Numbered from the stretch's first letter, positions 1-9,024 are shown. The stretch is DNA of 64,000 nucleotides from Gammaproteobacteria bacterium (GCA_041589175.1 JBFHWF010000001.1:3798-67797); one strand, 5' to 3'. Numbers and translations: made by a program. The notes: generated by a model from the sequence alone, not told the origin.

Positions 1-102
1 GTTAATGATGGCTTCGCTAGAGGGCGGGTTTAGTCGGCGGCTAGCCCACTGCTTGATCAGGCGTTCGAGACTTCTGGGAAGCAGTGGCAGCTCTGACGCC
101 AC
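1..102 (-). CDS. DUF58-like protein, 5' fragment (gene runs off the left window edge)
   Basis: A GTG at 102-100 overlaps the moxR-like stop codon by 1 nt. The frame stays open to position 1 and reads (M)ASELPLLPRSLERLIKQWASRRLNPPSSEAIIN. This resembles the N-termini of DUF58 proteins that normally follow MoxR ATPases. The fragment is too short for a firm call. Confidence 0.35.
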   Translation of the reverse strand, partial: MASELPLLPRSLERLIKQWASRRLNPPSSEAIIN

Positions 103-1097
103 TATACAGGCACCTGCTGAATAAGCATGGTGACCAGTTCATCGATGCTGCGATTCTGGTGTTCGGCTTGCACCTGTAGTCGATGTGCCGCAACCGAGGG
201 GAGTACCTGCTGGATGTCTTCTGGCAGTACGTGGTCACGCCCCTGAATAAAGGCCCAGGCTCGGGCACAACGTTGCAGTGCCAGGCCGGCTCGTGGTGAT
301 AAGCCGTTGCTAAACCAGGGTGACAGGCGACTACTTCGTACCAGGCTCAGCAGGTAGTCGAGAACAGCCTGTGACATATGCACGGATTCCACCGCTTGCT
401 GTAATTCAAGAAGCTCAGCAGGCTGCATGACAGGTTCGAGCTTTTCGATCATCGGGTGGCGGTGCTGGCCCTTTAGTAGTTCCATTTCGGCCTGCTGGTC
501 CGGATAACCCATATTGATGCGCATCAGGAAACGATCCAGCTGGGATTCGGGTAGTGGGAAGGTGCCGACCTGCTCCATGGGATTCTGGGTGGCGACCACA
601 AAAAAGGGTTGTGGTAGTGTGCGTGTCACGCCGTCCTGAGTGACCTGTTTTTCTTCCATTGCTTCGAGTAAGGCACTTTGTGTTTTTGGTGTTGAGCGAT
701 TGATTTCATCTGCCAGTAGAACCTGGGTAAATACCGGCCCGGGGTGAAACTGGAACTTCTGCTCCTGAGTGTCATAGATTGAAACACCAATCACGTCAGA
801 GGGAAGTAAATCGCTGGTAAACTGAATGCGATGGAATGAAAGATTAAATACACGTGCCAGGGTAAGTGACAGGGTGGTTTTACCCACACCGGGAAGGTCT
901 TCAATTAACAGATGACCTGAAGCAAGCAGACAACTCAGAGCAAGCTGAATCTGCTGGTTTTTACCCAGAATAATGGTTGAAATTCGCTCAGCTGCCTGCT
1001 GAATACGTTCATATTGTGCTATCTGGTGGTTCGAGGCCTGCCCCATATATCGCCCTGCTGGTTGATTCTTACCTGCCGTACCCATCGTGGGTTGCAT
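102..1097 (-). CDS. MoxR-family AAA+ ATPase (AAA_3)
   Basis: 331-aa ORF. Walker A is 'DLPGVGKTT' and Walker B is 'VLLADEINR'. It carries the MoxR-typical 'ATQNPMEQVGTFPLPESQLDRF' and 'SPRAGLAL' segments. The start could be one of three early Met codons. Confidence 0.9.
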   Translation of the reverse strand: MQPTMGTAGKNQPAGRYMGQASNHQIAQYERIQQAAERISTIILGKNQQIQLALSCLLASGHLLIEDLPGVGKTTLSLTLARVFNLSFHRIQFTSDLLPSDVIGVSIYDTQEQKFQFHPGPVFTQVLLADEINRSTPKTQSALLEAMEEKQVTQDGVTRTLPQPFFVVATQNPMEQVGTFPLPESQLDRFLMRINMGYPDQQAEMELLKGQHRHPMIEKLEPVMQPAELLELQQAVESVHMSQAVLDYLLSLVRSSRLSPWFSNGLSPRAGLALQRCARAWAFIQGRDHVLPEDIQQVLPSVAAHRLQVQAEHQNRSIDELVTMLIQQVPV

Positions 1098-1154
1098 GAG
1101 ACGATTATAGCGTGAACGGTACTCTCATGTACGATTCGTGACAGACGCAGTTAT

Positions 1155-1367
1155 TCAGGGCTGTATTATTAGCAGAATACTAACCAGCAGCAGGGCGCCA
1201 TAAGCAAGCAGTCGCTGCTGCTTTTTGAGAGGACTATATTGGCGAGGCAAGGACATAACGCGGGGCTGTTTCAGTGATTCTCTGGCGGGGGAGGTTTTCT
1301 GGTTCATGGCAATTCTCGTATAGGTCGCCCAGATAGCTAATACAGCACCATCAATCAGGGCCTGCAA
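1155..1367 (-). CDS. Small hypothetical protein with a C-terminal TM helix
   Basis: 70-aa ORF just upstream of moxR on the same strand, with a hydrophobic C-terminus 'LLAYGALLLVSILLIIQP'. No recognisable family. It may start at an internal Met. Confidence 0.3.
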   Translation of the reverse strand: MQALIDGAVLAIWATYTRIAMNQKTSPARESLKQPRVMSLPRQYSPLKKQQRLLAYGALLLVSILLIIQP

Positions 1368-1510
1368 AAAGTGTTTAGATGGTTATGATGATATAGACGA
1401 AATTGACTCTTAAGGCTGTAAGGCAGGACACAAATAAGATAAGCGGCAATCTGCCGGTATATTAAAAAACGGCTATACTCAGTCAAAAACTAGAAAAATA
1501 ATCAATTCCC

Positions 1511-3223
1511 GTGCAAACCCACCATACATATTCTGCAAAAAAGATCGAGATGCCGGCTCTGCCGGAGCTAGTCAGGGTGTTTTATCAGATACTGGATGAA
1601 AGCGCAGCAAGTCTTGAGGCGCGTACTTTACAGCTGCATCAGCTGGAACAGAAATATCCCCAGTTTTTTACCCAGATACTCGAGATACTAAATGCTGATC
1701 ATCTTAATTTAAGTATTCGGATTCAGAGCCTGCAGCAGGTGCTGGAACTTGGCTCTGGACAACGCGTTTTTCGCCTGCTGGTCATGCTCGTGATATATCT
1801 CAGTTTTAGTCAGTATAAAATCAATGGTATTGAGTTGCAGCAGTTCTGGCAGGATTGCCTGCGGCGAGCGGTATGTGCTCGTATGATTGGTGAAAAAATT
1901 GGGCTCGATGCGAGTCGTTGTTTTTACGCAGGCTTTTTACAGGATATTGGGTTTCTACTGTTGTTTTTTCAGCAGCCTGAAATGGGCGCACTCTGGCGGG
2001 AGTTTCGTAAACGAGAGCCCGAGGCCCGTTTGCAGATGGAACTGAACACATTTCGCCACTCCCATGATGAAATGTTGCTGGCGTTTCTACAGAACTGGAA
2101 CCTTGAAGAAGATCTGGCCGATGCACTTAAGTTACACCATCAATGTGATACGCAGCTTCTTGAAGGGCAGCAGCTTCATTTATGTCAGGTGTTACATTGT
2201 GCTGACTGGCTGTCAGCGGTGTATAGTGCGGAAGATAAAAGTTTTGTAATCAACCGCAGTCGTAAGTTGCTCTCCGAGGTTTTCCAGATGGAGCCCTATC
2301 GTGCAGAAGAGCTACTAGAAGCGATTCCGGATGATGTCGATCAGACCGCAACCGTATTAAATATGGATGTTGGCAGGCATCCGGTGTTTTCACAGATACT
2401 ATACCAGGCCAATATCCATCTAAATGAAGCGAATGTTAATTTTCAGGAACTGACTTATCAGCTGGAGCAGGCACTGGATGAGCGTGATAAGCTTGCCGCA
2501 GAAATCAATCGAGATCTGAGTCTGGCCAGGGAAATTCAACAGAGCCTGTTGCCGCTGAATTATGGCGATGATTTTCCTATTAGCGGTATTAATATTTCTG
2601 CGCGGATTCTGTCGGGTGATTTTTACGACTTCTTTGAACTCGCGAATGGTGATATTTATTTTACACTGGGTGATGTTTCTGGAAAGGGTGTGAATGCGGC
2701 GCTACTAATGGCGAAGACCAGTAGCCTGTTTCGATGCCTCGGCAAGCGCATCGACAAGCCAGATGAACTGCTCTATGAAATAAATAATGAGCTTTGTGAG
2801 ACGTCTATTCACGGCATGTTTGTGACTATGGTTGCAGGCCGTTACAGCCCGGAGAGTGGGGAAATACATCTGGTTAATGCAGGAAATCCACCAGCTCTGC
2901 TGATGATGGAGTCGGGGCTGTGTCGGGAATTCGAGGCAAGCTCACCACCACTTGGTGTGCTGCCTGATACGGTATATACGGAATATTGCTTTATGCTTAA
3001 CGATGACAGTCTGTATATTTATTCAGATGGTGTGACTGAGAGTTATATGAATGACAACAGCATGCTGGAGATCAGTGGTTTGTTTCGTATGATTGAATCG
3101 ATGGGAAAGCAGCTGACGCCGGCTGAGCGCCTGCACAAGATTGTCGAGCAACTTAGCCAGTATAATCAGGTGTTACGCGATGATATAACTTTGCTGTTAC
3201 TGGAAAAGCCTGGGTTACACTAG
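1511..3223 (+). CDS. HDOD-domain / PP2C (SpoIIE, RsbU-like) serine phosphatase
   Basis: 570-aa ORF with a GTG start. The N-terminal ~200 aa have an HDOD-like pattern ('LPALPELV...SLQQVLELGSGQ...FLQDIGFLLLF'). The C-terminal part has SpoIIE/PP2C motifs 'LSGDFYDFF', 'LGDVSGKGVNAALLMA' and 'IYSDGVTE'. Confidence 0.85.
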   Translation: MQTHHTYSAKKIEMPALPELVRVFYQILDESAASLEARTLQLHQLEQKYPQFFTQILEILNADHLNLSIRIQSLQQVLELGSGQRVFRLLVMLVIYLSFSQYKINGIELQQFWQDCLRRAVCARMIGEKIGLDASRCFYAGFLQDIGFLLLFFQQPEMGALWREFRKREPEARLQMELNTFRHSHDEMLLAFLQNWNLEEDLADALKLHHQCDTQLLEGQQLHLCQVLHCADWLSAVYSAEDKSFVINRSRKLLSEVFQMEPYRAEELLEAIPDDVDQTATVLNMDVGRHPVFSQILYQANIHLNEANVNFQELTYQLEQALDERDKLAAEINRDLSLAREIQQSLLPLNYGDDFPISGINISARILSGDFYDFFELANGDIYFTLGDVSGKGVNAALLMAKTSSLFRCLGKRIDKPDELLYEINNELCETSIHGMFVTMVAGRYSPESGEIHLVNAGNPPALLMMESGLCREFEASSPPLGVLPDTVYTEYCFMLNDDSLYIYSDGVTESYMNDNSMLEISGLFRMIESMGKQLTPAERLHKIVEQLSQYNQVLRDDITLLLLEKPGLH

Positions 3224-3227
3224 TGTC

Positions 3228-3677
3228 ATGAAAAAACTTGAACGTATACACTTTATTGCACGTGCGGATCGACTGGCACCAGTCCGTCAGTTTGTACGTG
3301 AGCTGGCGCGACAGCAGGGCTGCTGTGAAGAAAATCTTGAGCACCTGGTCATGGCGATTAACGAAGCCTGTATGAATGTTATCCAGCATGCTTATCGGGG
3401 TGATGAAAATGGTGAGGTCGTGATTGAGTTCTGGAAGGCGGATGATGAACTGACGATTAAAATTATCGACTTTGCTGAGTATGCTGATCTCGAATCAATA
3501 AAATCCCGTGACCTTGATGATGTTCGACCTGGTGGACTAGGCGTTCACCTGATTCATCAGGTGATGGACTATGTCGAATATAAACATCAGCCGGATATGA
3601 ATGGTAATGTACTCGAACTACGCAAGCAGCTTGGTGTCGACAGGCAGTGTACAGCTGGTGATAGAGGGCAGGAATAA
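3228..3677 (+). CDS. RsbW/SpoIIAB-type anti-sigma serine kinase (HATPase_c_2)
   Basis: 149 aa. N-box is 'AINEACMNVIQHAY' and G-box is 'RPGGLGVHLIHQVMD'. It starts 4 nt after the phosphatase stop. Confidence 0.85.
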   Translation: MKKLERIHFIARADRLAPVRQFVRELARQQGCCEENLEHLVMAINEACMNVIQHAYRGDENGEVVIEFWKADDELTIKIIDFAEYADLESIKSRDLDDVRPGGLGVHLIHQVMDYVEYKHQPDMNGNVLELRKQLGVDRQCTAGDRGQE

Positions 3678-3680
3678 CGC

Positions 3681-4001
3681 ATGCAATTTGGAATTAGTAA
3701 ACATGGAAATTACACCGTTCTGAGTTTGTCGGGAGAGATTGATCTGAATCAGTCACCAGAAGCTCGTAAGCAGATACTACAGTGTCTCAAGCGCGGTGAA
3801 GATCTGTTGGTGGATCTTTCCGCGGTGGATTATATCGATAGCTCCGGGGTTGCTAGTCTGGTCGAAGGTTTTCAGACTGCACGAGCACAGATGCTTAAGT
3901 TCGCCCTGGTAGGCGTTAGTGCATCAGCTATGCAGGTATTGCAGTTATCACGGCTGGATAGTGTGTTTACCCTTTATGAAACCCTGGACGATGTTGAGTA
4001 A
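3681..4001 (+). CDS. STAS-domain anti-sigma-factor antagonist (RsbV/SpoIIAA/MlaB-like)
   Basis: 106 aa. It has the STAS pattern with the phospho-acceptor motif 'VDYIDSSGVASLVEG'. It starts 3 nt after the kinase stop and ends 6 nt before the MlaE-like start. Confidence 0.85.
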   Translation: MQFGISKHGNYTVLSLSGEIDLNQSPEARKQILQCLKRGEDLLVDLSAVDYIDSSGVASLVEGFQTARAQMLKFALVGVSASAMQVLQLSRLDSVFTLYETLDDVE

Positions 4002-4007
4002 CAGCTG

Positions 4008-4799
4008 ATGCGACATGCCATCGAAAAACTGGGTAAAAATACTGTAGCGGCAATCGAAGAGCTGGGTTATGGGCTCATGATTCTGTACGAAAGCCTGTAC
4101 TGGTTATTCACCGGGGCGCTTCATAAACAGGCGGTCAGTGTCTCAAGGATTTTTTCCGAAGCTATGCAAATCGGTGTAAGAGCATTACCGATTGTGATGG
4201 TCCTTTGTTTTGCCGTCGGCATGATGCTCGCAATGCAGGGACTTGAAACACTTAAACCCTATGGTGCACAGGCGCAGGTTGTGACCGGGATTGCCTTATC
4301 GGTTAGCCGAGAGTTTGCGGCGCTGATTACCGGTATTATTGTCGCGGGGCGTTCCGGCTCAGCACTTGCCGCACGTATTGCAACCATGCAGGAATCTCAG
4401 GAGATTGATGCTTTGCAGGTCATCGGTATCGACCCGGTCAGGCACCTGGTTGCACCTGCTCTGGTTGCCATGTTACTGGCGATGCCGTTGCTTACGGTAA
4501 TTGGCAATCTTATGGGCTTACTGGGAGCTGCGGTGTTTACACTCTATGAGATGTCGATGCCGGTTGCTATTTATATGGACCGTAGCTTCCAGGTTATGCA
4601 GGTATCTGATCTGATGCAGGGTTTGAGTAAAAGCCTTGTATTTGCGGTATTGATTGTGATCGTTAGTGTTATTAATGGTTTTCAGGTCCGAGGTGGAGCT
4701 GAGGGTGTTGGTCTGGCCACAACCCGTTCTGTGGTGATGTCGATTAGTGTGATTGTTGTTGCCGATATGGTGTTTACATTTTTCCTGACAAGCATCTAG
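4008..4799 (+). CDS. MlaE-family ABC transporter permease
   Basis: 263-aa polytopic membrane protein. It has the MlaE-type conserved core 'REFAALITGIIVAGRSGSALAARIATMQESQEIDAL'. Confidence 0.85.
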   Translation: MRHAIEKLGKNTVAAIEELGYGLMILYESLYWLFTGALHKQAVSVSRIFSEAMQIGVRALPIVMVLCFAVGMMLAMQGLETLKPYGAQAQVVTGIALSVSREFAALITGIIVAGRSGSALAARIATMQESQEIDALQVIGIDPVRHLVAPALVAMLLAMPLLTVIGNLMGLLGAAVFTLYEMSMPVAIYMDRSFQVMQVSDLMQGLSKSLVFAVLIVIVSVINGFQVRGGAEGVGLATTRSVVMSISVIVVADMVFTFFLTSI

Positions 4800-4814
4800 T
4801 GAGAGAATGATTTA

Positions 4815-5654
4815 ATGGAAGCTACTGACAAAGCTATATGCGTGCGCAACCTGGTGACTCATTATGGTGAGCGCATGATACTGAATAATGTCAGTATGGA
4901 TGTTAAGCGTGGCGAGATCATGGTGATCATGGGGGGGAGTGGATCGGGTAAAAGTACCTTTTTAAGATATCTACTTGGCTTGCAGAAGCCGACCTCGGGT
5001 TCTATACAACTGCTCGGCCAGGATATTACCCAAATGACCGCAAATGAACTGCACCGTATGAAAAAGAACATCGGCGTGTCATTCCAGGGTGGTGCCTTAT
5101 TTGGTTCGATGACAGTGGCTGAAAATATACAGATGCCATTACATGAACACGCACAGCTTGATCAGGATACAATGAATATCATGAGCCAGATGAAGCTGGA
5201 AGTCGTTAACCTTGCAGGCTTCGGCGATTTAATGCCATCGCAGTTATCTGGAGGAATGATTAAGCGTGCTGCACTGGCGCGAGCGATTGTTCTTGATCCA
5301 CGTTTACTGTTTTTCGATGAGCCATCAGCAGGGCTTGACCCGGTGGTGTCAGCAGAACTGGATGAGCTCATATTACGCCTTAAACAGGTAATGAAAATGA
5401 CAATCGTTGTTGTCACGCATGAGCTGGAAAGTGCATTCAAAATTGCTGATCGTATAACTGTTCTTGATCGAGGTGAAATACTCATGACCGGTACCGTTGA
5501 TGAGGTTCGTAACAGTGATAATGAAAGAATCTATAATCTTCTGCACCGTCGACCCAGAACTGACAAGGTTGATGTAGACGAGTATCTTGCAAGACTTACT
5601 GGTAAAGATCTTAGTCATCTTGATCCAGGCAGCAGGCAGGATCATAAACAATAA
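4815..5654 (+). CDS. MlaF-like ABC transporter ATP-binding protein
   Basis: 279 aa. Walker A is 'GGSGSGKST', the signature is 'LSGGMIKRAALARA' and Walker B is 'LLFFDEPSAGLDP'. A ~40-aa C-terminal tail follows the NBD. Confidence 0.9.
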   Translation: MEATDKAICVRNLVTHYGERMILNNVSMDVKRGEIMVIMGGSGSGKSTFLRYLLGLQKPTSGSIQLLGQDITQMTANELHRMKKNIGVSFQGGALFGSMTVAENIQMPLHEHAQLDQDTMNIMSQMKLEVVNLAGFGDLMPSQLSGGMIKRAALARAIVLDPRLLFFDEPSAGLDPVVSAELDELILRLKQVMKMTIVVVTHELESAFKIADRITVLDRGEILMTGTVDEVRNSDNERIYNLLHRRPRTDKVDVDEYLARLTGKDLSHLDPGSRQDHKQ

Positions 5655-5674
5655 ACAAAACTGCATGAGCTAAG

Positions 5675-6538
5675 ATGAAGAAGGATAATATAAATTATTT
5701 TGTAGTCGGCCTGTTTACCCTGGCAGGGTTGTTGCTGCTATTTTATATGCTGTTGAGAATATCAGGTGATTATACGGCGGCGGATATTTACTACGTAGAA
5801 TTCGACAATGTAACCGGGGTCAAGGATGGTGTGGTGGTAACTTATAACGGCTATGAAATCGGATCGGTCGATAGCCTGCAACCAGTGATGCATGAAGGGC
5901 AGGTTCGTTATCGTCTTAAGCTGCTGGTTAAATCTGGCTGGAAGATACCACAAGATAGTGTGGCCAGTATTGTAATGCCTGCGGTAATAGCAGATAAACA
6001 GATTGAAATTAGTCAGGGTGTATCGAATCAGTCGCTTGATGCAGGTGATACCATCAAAACAGTTGAGGCTGTAGATATAATGCAGCTGGTGGACAGTATT
6101 GCTAAAGAATTAAACGACTTTGTGCCACGTTCAACTGAAAATGTAAATCAGTTACTGGAAAAGCTCAATTTTACAGCTAATCAGGTTGTAGATATTTTGA
6201 GTGAAAAGAATGTAAGTCATCTAAATAATCTTTTTGTTCATGCCGATACTTCAGCTGCTAGCCTTGCTGAACTTGCGCAAAGTTTCAATCGTATGAATCA
6301 GCAGTTAAACAGTATTCTTGATAAAACGGAACACATTCTCGAAGATAACAGTGATGATCTGCGCTATACCATTCTGGAAATGAAAAAATCTATGGATGCG
6401 ATTTCTGGGCGTATCGAGTCAGTGATGTATAACCTGGATGCGACCAGTCAGAACATGAACGCCTTTAGTCGAACCTTACGTAATAACCCCTCGGCTATAC
6501 TGGGAAGTAAACCGCCACAGGAAAAGCATGGAGAATAA
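5675..6538 (+). CDS. MlaD-family MCE-domain protein with a long helical C-terminal extension
   Basis: 287 aa. The N-terminal anchor is 'YFVVGLFTLAGLLLLFYML' and the MCE domain includes 'YYVEFDNVTGVKDGVVVTYNGYEIGSVDSL'. About 150 aa of heptad-like, polar, helix-prone sequence follows. Confidence 0.8.
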   Translation: MKKDNINYFVVGLFTLAGLLLLFYMLLRISGDYTAADIYYVEFDNVTGVKDGVVVTYNGYEIGSVDSLQPVMHEGQVRYRLKLLVKSGWKIPQDSVASIVMPAVIADKQIEISQGVSNQSLDAGDTIKTVEAVDIMQLVDSIAKELNDFVPRSTENVNQLLEKLNFTANQVVDILSEKNVSHLNNLFVHADTSAASLAELAQSFNRMNQQLNSILDKTEHILEDNSDDLRYTILEMKKSMDAISGRIESVMYNLDATSQNMNAFSRTLRNNPSAILGSKPPQEKHGE

Positions 6539-6550
6539 CATCAGATTGCC

Positions 6551-7138
6551 ATGTTAAGAATCATAACTCTATTGTTTATAGTGTATAGCCTCGCTGGCTG
6601 TAGTATCGGTACGCAGATTCCTGCTGATCACTTCTATCGCCTGCCTGTACCTCAGCTGTCAGCAGTTGATAGTCCCGTCATGGACAGGCTGGTGTTTAAA
6701 CCGGTCAAGGTGAGTGGGCTGTTACATGATAGAGCGATGTTATTTGTTGAACAGTCTCGTCCGTTGGAGTTACAGCGTCATCACTATCATTTCTGGGCCG
6801 AGGCACCTGCCGAACTGATTCATAATGCGTTATTTCAGGCGCTCGATAAAAGCGGGTTAGCACAGCATATCAGCCGTGAAAGTAGCCTGCAGGCTGCCGA
6901 TATGACGATCGATATGCAATTGTTAACGATGGAGCGTTTCCTGACGGATAAGCAGGATTCTGTTCGGCTGGCTTTCTCGGTGACCTTTTCAGCTACGGGA
7001 TCTAAGCCCCAGCGCAAGCGTTACGAACTTGAGTTAGCCGTTGATGAGCCTGGAATATATGCATCGGTATCTGCCTTTTCGTCGGCTCTACAGCAGCTGG
7101 CGCTGGCGCTGCAGCAGGATCTGCAGACGACGCCATGA
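6551..7138 (+). CDS. ABC-type transport auxiliary lipoprotein (PqiC/YmbA, DUF330-like)
   Basis: 195 aa. The signal peptide has the lipobox 'YSLAGC'. The mature N-terminus '..DHFYRLP' and overall pattern resemble E. coli PqiC ('..NYYQLP'), recalled from memory. Confidence 0.7.
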   Translation: MLRIITLLFIVYSLAGCSIGTQIPADHFYRLPVPQLSAVDSPVMDRLVFKPVKVSGLLHDRAMLFVEQSRPLELQRHHYHFWAEAPAELIHNALFQALDKSGLAQHISRESSLQAADMTIDMQLLTMERFLTDKQDSVRLAFSVTFSATGSKPQRKRYELELAVDEPGIYASVSAFSSALQQLALALQQDLQTTP

Positions 7139-7223
7139 TAAGCAATGTAAATTCTGTTAGTTAATCATTAAAGTTTTCTCTGCACCAGCCGATAGCCTCT
7201 CTGTATAGATACGGAATGCAGGC

Positions 7224-7550
7224 ATGTTACTTACTCAACAGCAGATACTCCCACCACAACAGCATGATAGCTGGGCAACACATACTCAGCGTGCGGTTTT
7301 CAGTGATATCAGCTTCGGTTTTATGCCAGCGTTCAAGGACCTGAGGAATGAGCAGATTCACCTCTCTGTTGATCAGCAGGGTGAACTCTCGGTGATGCAT
7401 ATGATTGATCACCTTCCTGATCAATGGGTAGATGAACGAGATGACAGGGGCAGGCCTGTTAGCCTCAAGGCGGGTATCATCGCCGGTTTCATGCGAAATG
7501 GGCAGTTCTATACTCTCAGGCAATTAATGGGTCAACTGCACGACAGCTAG
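7224..7550 (+). CDS. Hypothetical protein
   Basis: 108-aa ORF, 85 nt downstream of the Mla-like operon on the same strand. No recognisable motif. A mirror ORF on the - strand (7227-7523) is a less plausible alternative. Confidence 0.4.
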   Translation: MLLTQQQILPPQQHDSWATHTQRAVFSDISFGFMPAFKDLRNEQIHLSVDQQGELSVMHMIDHLPDQWVDERDDRGRPVSLKAGIIAGFMRNGQFYTLRQLMGQLHDS

Positions 7551-7572
7551 CTTTTATTCTGCGCTAGCGTAT

Positions 7573-9024
7573 TTATTTTAATGACAGGCCTTCGGTAACC
7601 TGCTTACCCCATTCGACTAACTGTTCCAGCAGCTGATATTGAGGGCTTGTAACCTCATAGCGAGTCAGTAGTTCATTAAGTGATGATTCAAAGGCCGGGT
7701 AACTCAAGTGGCTGTCGAAAATCTCTCCATTGAAGCGAGCGCGGCGATAACTGTCCCAGTGTTTTCTGTCTTCTGCAGAAAGGGATTCGGGATAATTCCG
7801 TGCGCGATATCGAAAAAGCATTTCCGGGATGCGTGGATCATCAAAATTGAAGGGTGCAGATGCCAGTTGTTGTGCAGAAAGCTGACGTAGCTGGTTCATG
7901 CGTTGTCGATCTTCCGGGCTGAAGAAACCGCCGCTATACAGGCTGACGTCAGGGTCCGGGTTATCTTCGAAGGGGTTGTGGCTATATACCTGTTTTAGTT
8001 TTTCCTGAAGGCCCTTTGCCTGCTGTAATTGCTTGAGGTGCTGCATATGCTGTTCTCTATCAATCTGCAGGCGTTTTGCTGAGGCAGCATCCAGTGTGTT
8101 GAGTGGTGCGACTACCGGACATTTATTGATATGCACGGTTTTAAGGGCAATACGTTGCTCTCCTTCCGGGCGTTCTGCTGCGGGCGTGTAAAGCCGTTGT
8201 ATGATGTCTTCTGCCGGCAGGCGGAGTAAGTCGTCGGGTGAGTAACGCAGGTCGTATACAATCACACCGTTACGATTAACAGGGTGTTGGCCCAGAGGGT
8301 ATACGATGGCGGTATTCCCATATTCACTCGGATACATCCCTGACGTATGCAATATGGCCTGCGGCTGCTGCAGGTTAAGTCGTCGAGAGACCTGCTGTTT
8401 GCCGCGATTATCAAAAAGAAACTGATACAGGCGAGGCTGCTTTTCGCGGATAAGCCGGGCAACGGCTATCGTGGCATACACATCAGACAGCGCGTCATGG
8501 GCCGCTTCATGCTGAATCTGGTTGATCTGTGTGATCAGCTCAAGTCGATTACTTGGTTTACCCTCATCATCAAATGGCCATTCAATCCCATCCGGGCGCA
8601 GGGCACGGGTCATTCTCACCAGGTCGATAATATCCCAGCGCGAACAGCCATTCTGCCACTCCCGCGCATAGGGGTCGTAGAAATTGCGGTAGAGTGTGTA
8701 ACGGGTGAATTCATCGTCGAAGCGTATATTGTTAAAGCCGACAACGCAGGTATCTGGGGTGGCGAAGGCGTCGTGAATACGCTGGGTAAACTCGGCTTCT
8801 ATCAGGCCCGTCTGCAGGGTTTGCTGCGGTGTTAGCCCGGTAATCAGGCAGGCTTCAGGGCTGGGGAGTATGTCATCGCTGGCGCGGCACAGGATGTTCA
8901 CGGGCTCTTCGATGATATTGAAGTCAAGATCAGTGCGTATGCCGGCAAACTGGGAAATTCGGTCGCTTCGTGGGTCGATGCCGAAGGTTTCATAGTCGTA
9001 CCAGAAAAAACTGGGGGCTGACAT
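7573..9024 (-). CDS. sbcB: Exodeoxyribonuclease I
   Basis: 483 aa. The N-terminus 'FFWYDYETFGIDPRSDRISQFAGIRTD' carries the DEDDh Exo I motif. Length and order of conserved blocks match E. coli SbcB. Confidence 0.92.
   Translation of the reverse strand: MSAPSFFWYDYETFGIDPRSDRISQFAGIRTDLDFNIIEEPVNILCRASDDILPSPEACLITGLTPQQTLQTGLIEAEFTQRIHDAFATPDTCVVGFNNIRFDDEFTRYTLYRNFYDPYAREWQNGCSRWDIIDLVRMTRALRPDGIEWPFDDEGKPSNRLELITQINQIQHEAAHDALSDVYATIAVARLIREKQPRLYQFLFDNRGKQQVSRRLNLQQPQAILHTSGMYPSEYGNTAIVYPLGQHPVNRNGVIVYDLRYSPDDLLRLPAEDIIQRLYTPAAERPEGEQRIALKTVHINKCPVVAPLNTLDAASAKRLQIDREQHMQHLKQLQQAKGLQEKLKQVYSHNPFEDNPDPDVSLYSGGFFSPEDRQRMNQLRQLSAQQLASAPFNFDDPRIPEMLFRYRARNYPESLSAEDRKHWDSYRRARFNGEIFDSHLSYPAFESSLNELLTRYEVTSPQYQLLEQLVEWGKQVTEGLSLK

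Noticed and set aside
8347-8835. A 162-aa + strand ORF inside sbcB.
   Set aside because: It is antisense to a gene that is collinear with E. coli exonuclease I, and it has no recognisable motif. The same reasoning applies to other long antisense ORFs (22821-23270, 24566-25015, 25173-25571, 42053-42472, 16988-17341, 14437-14754).
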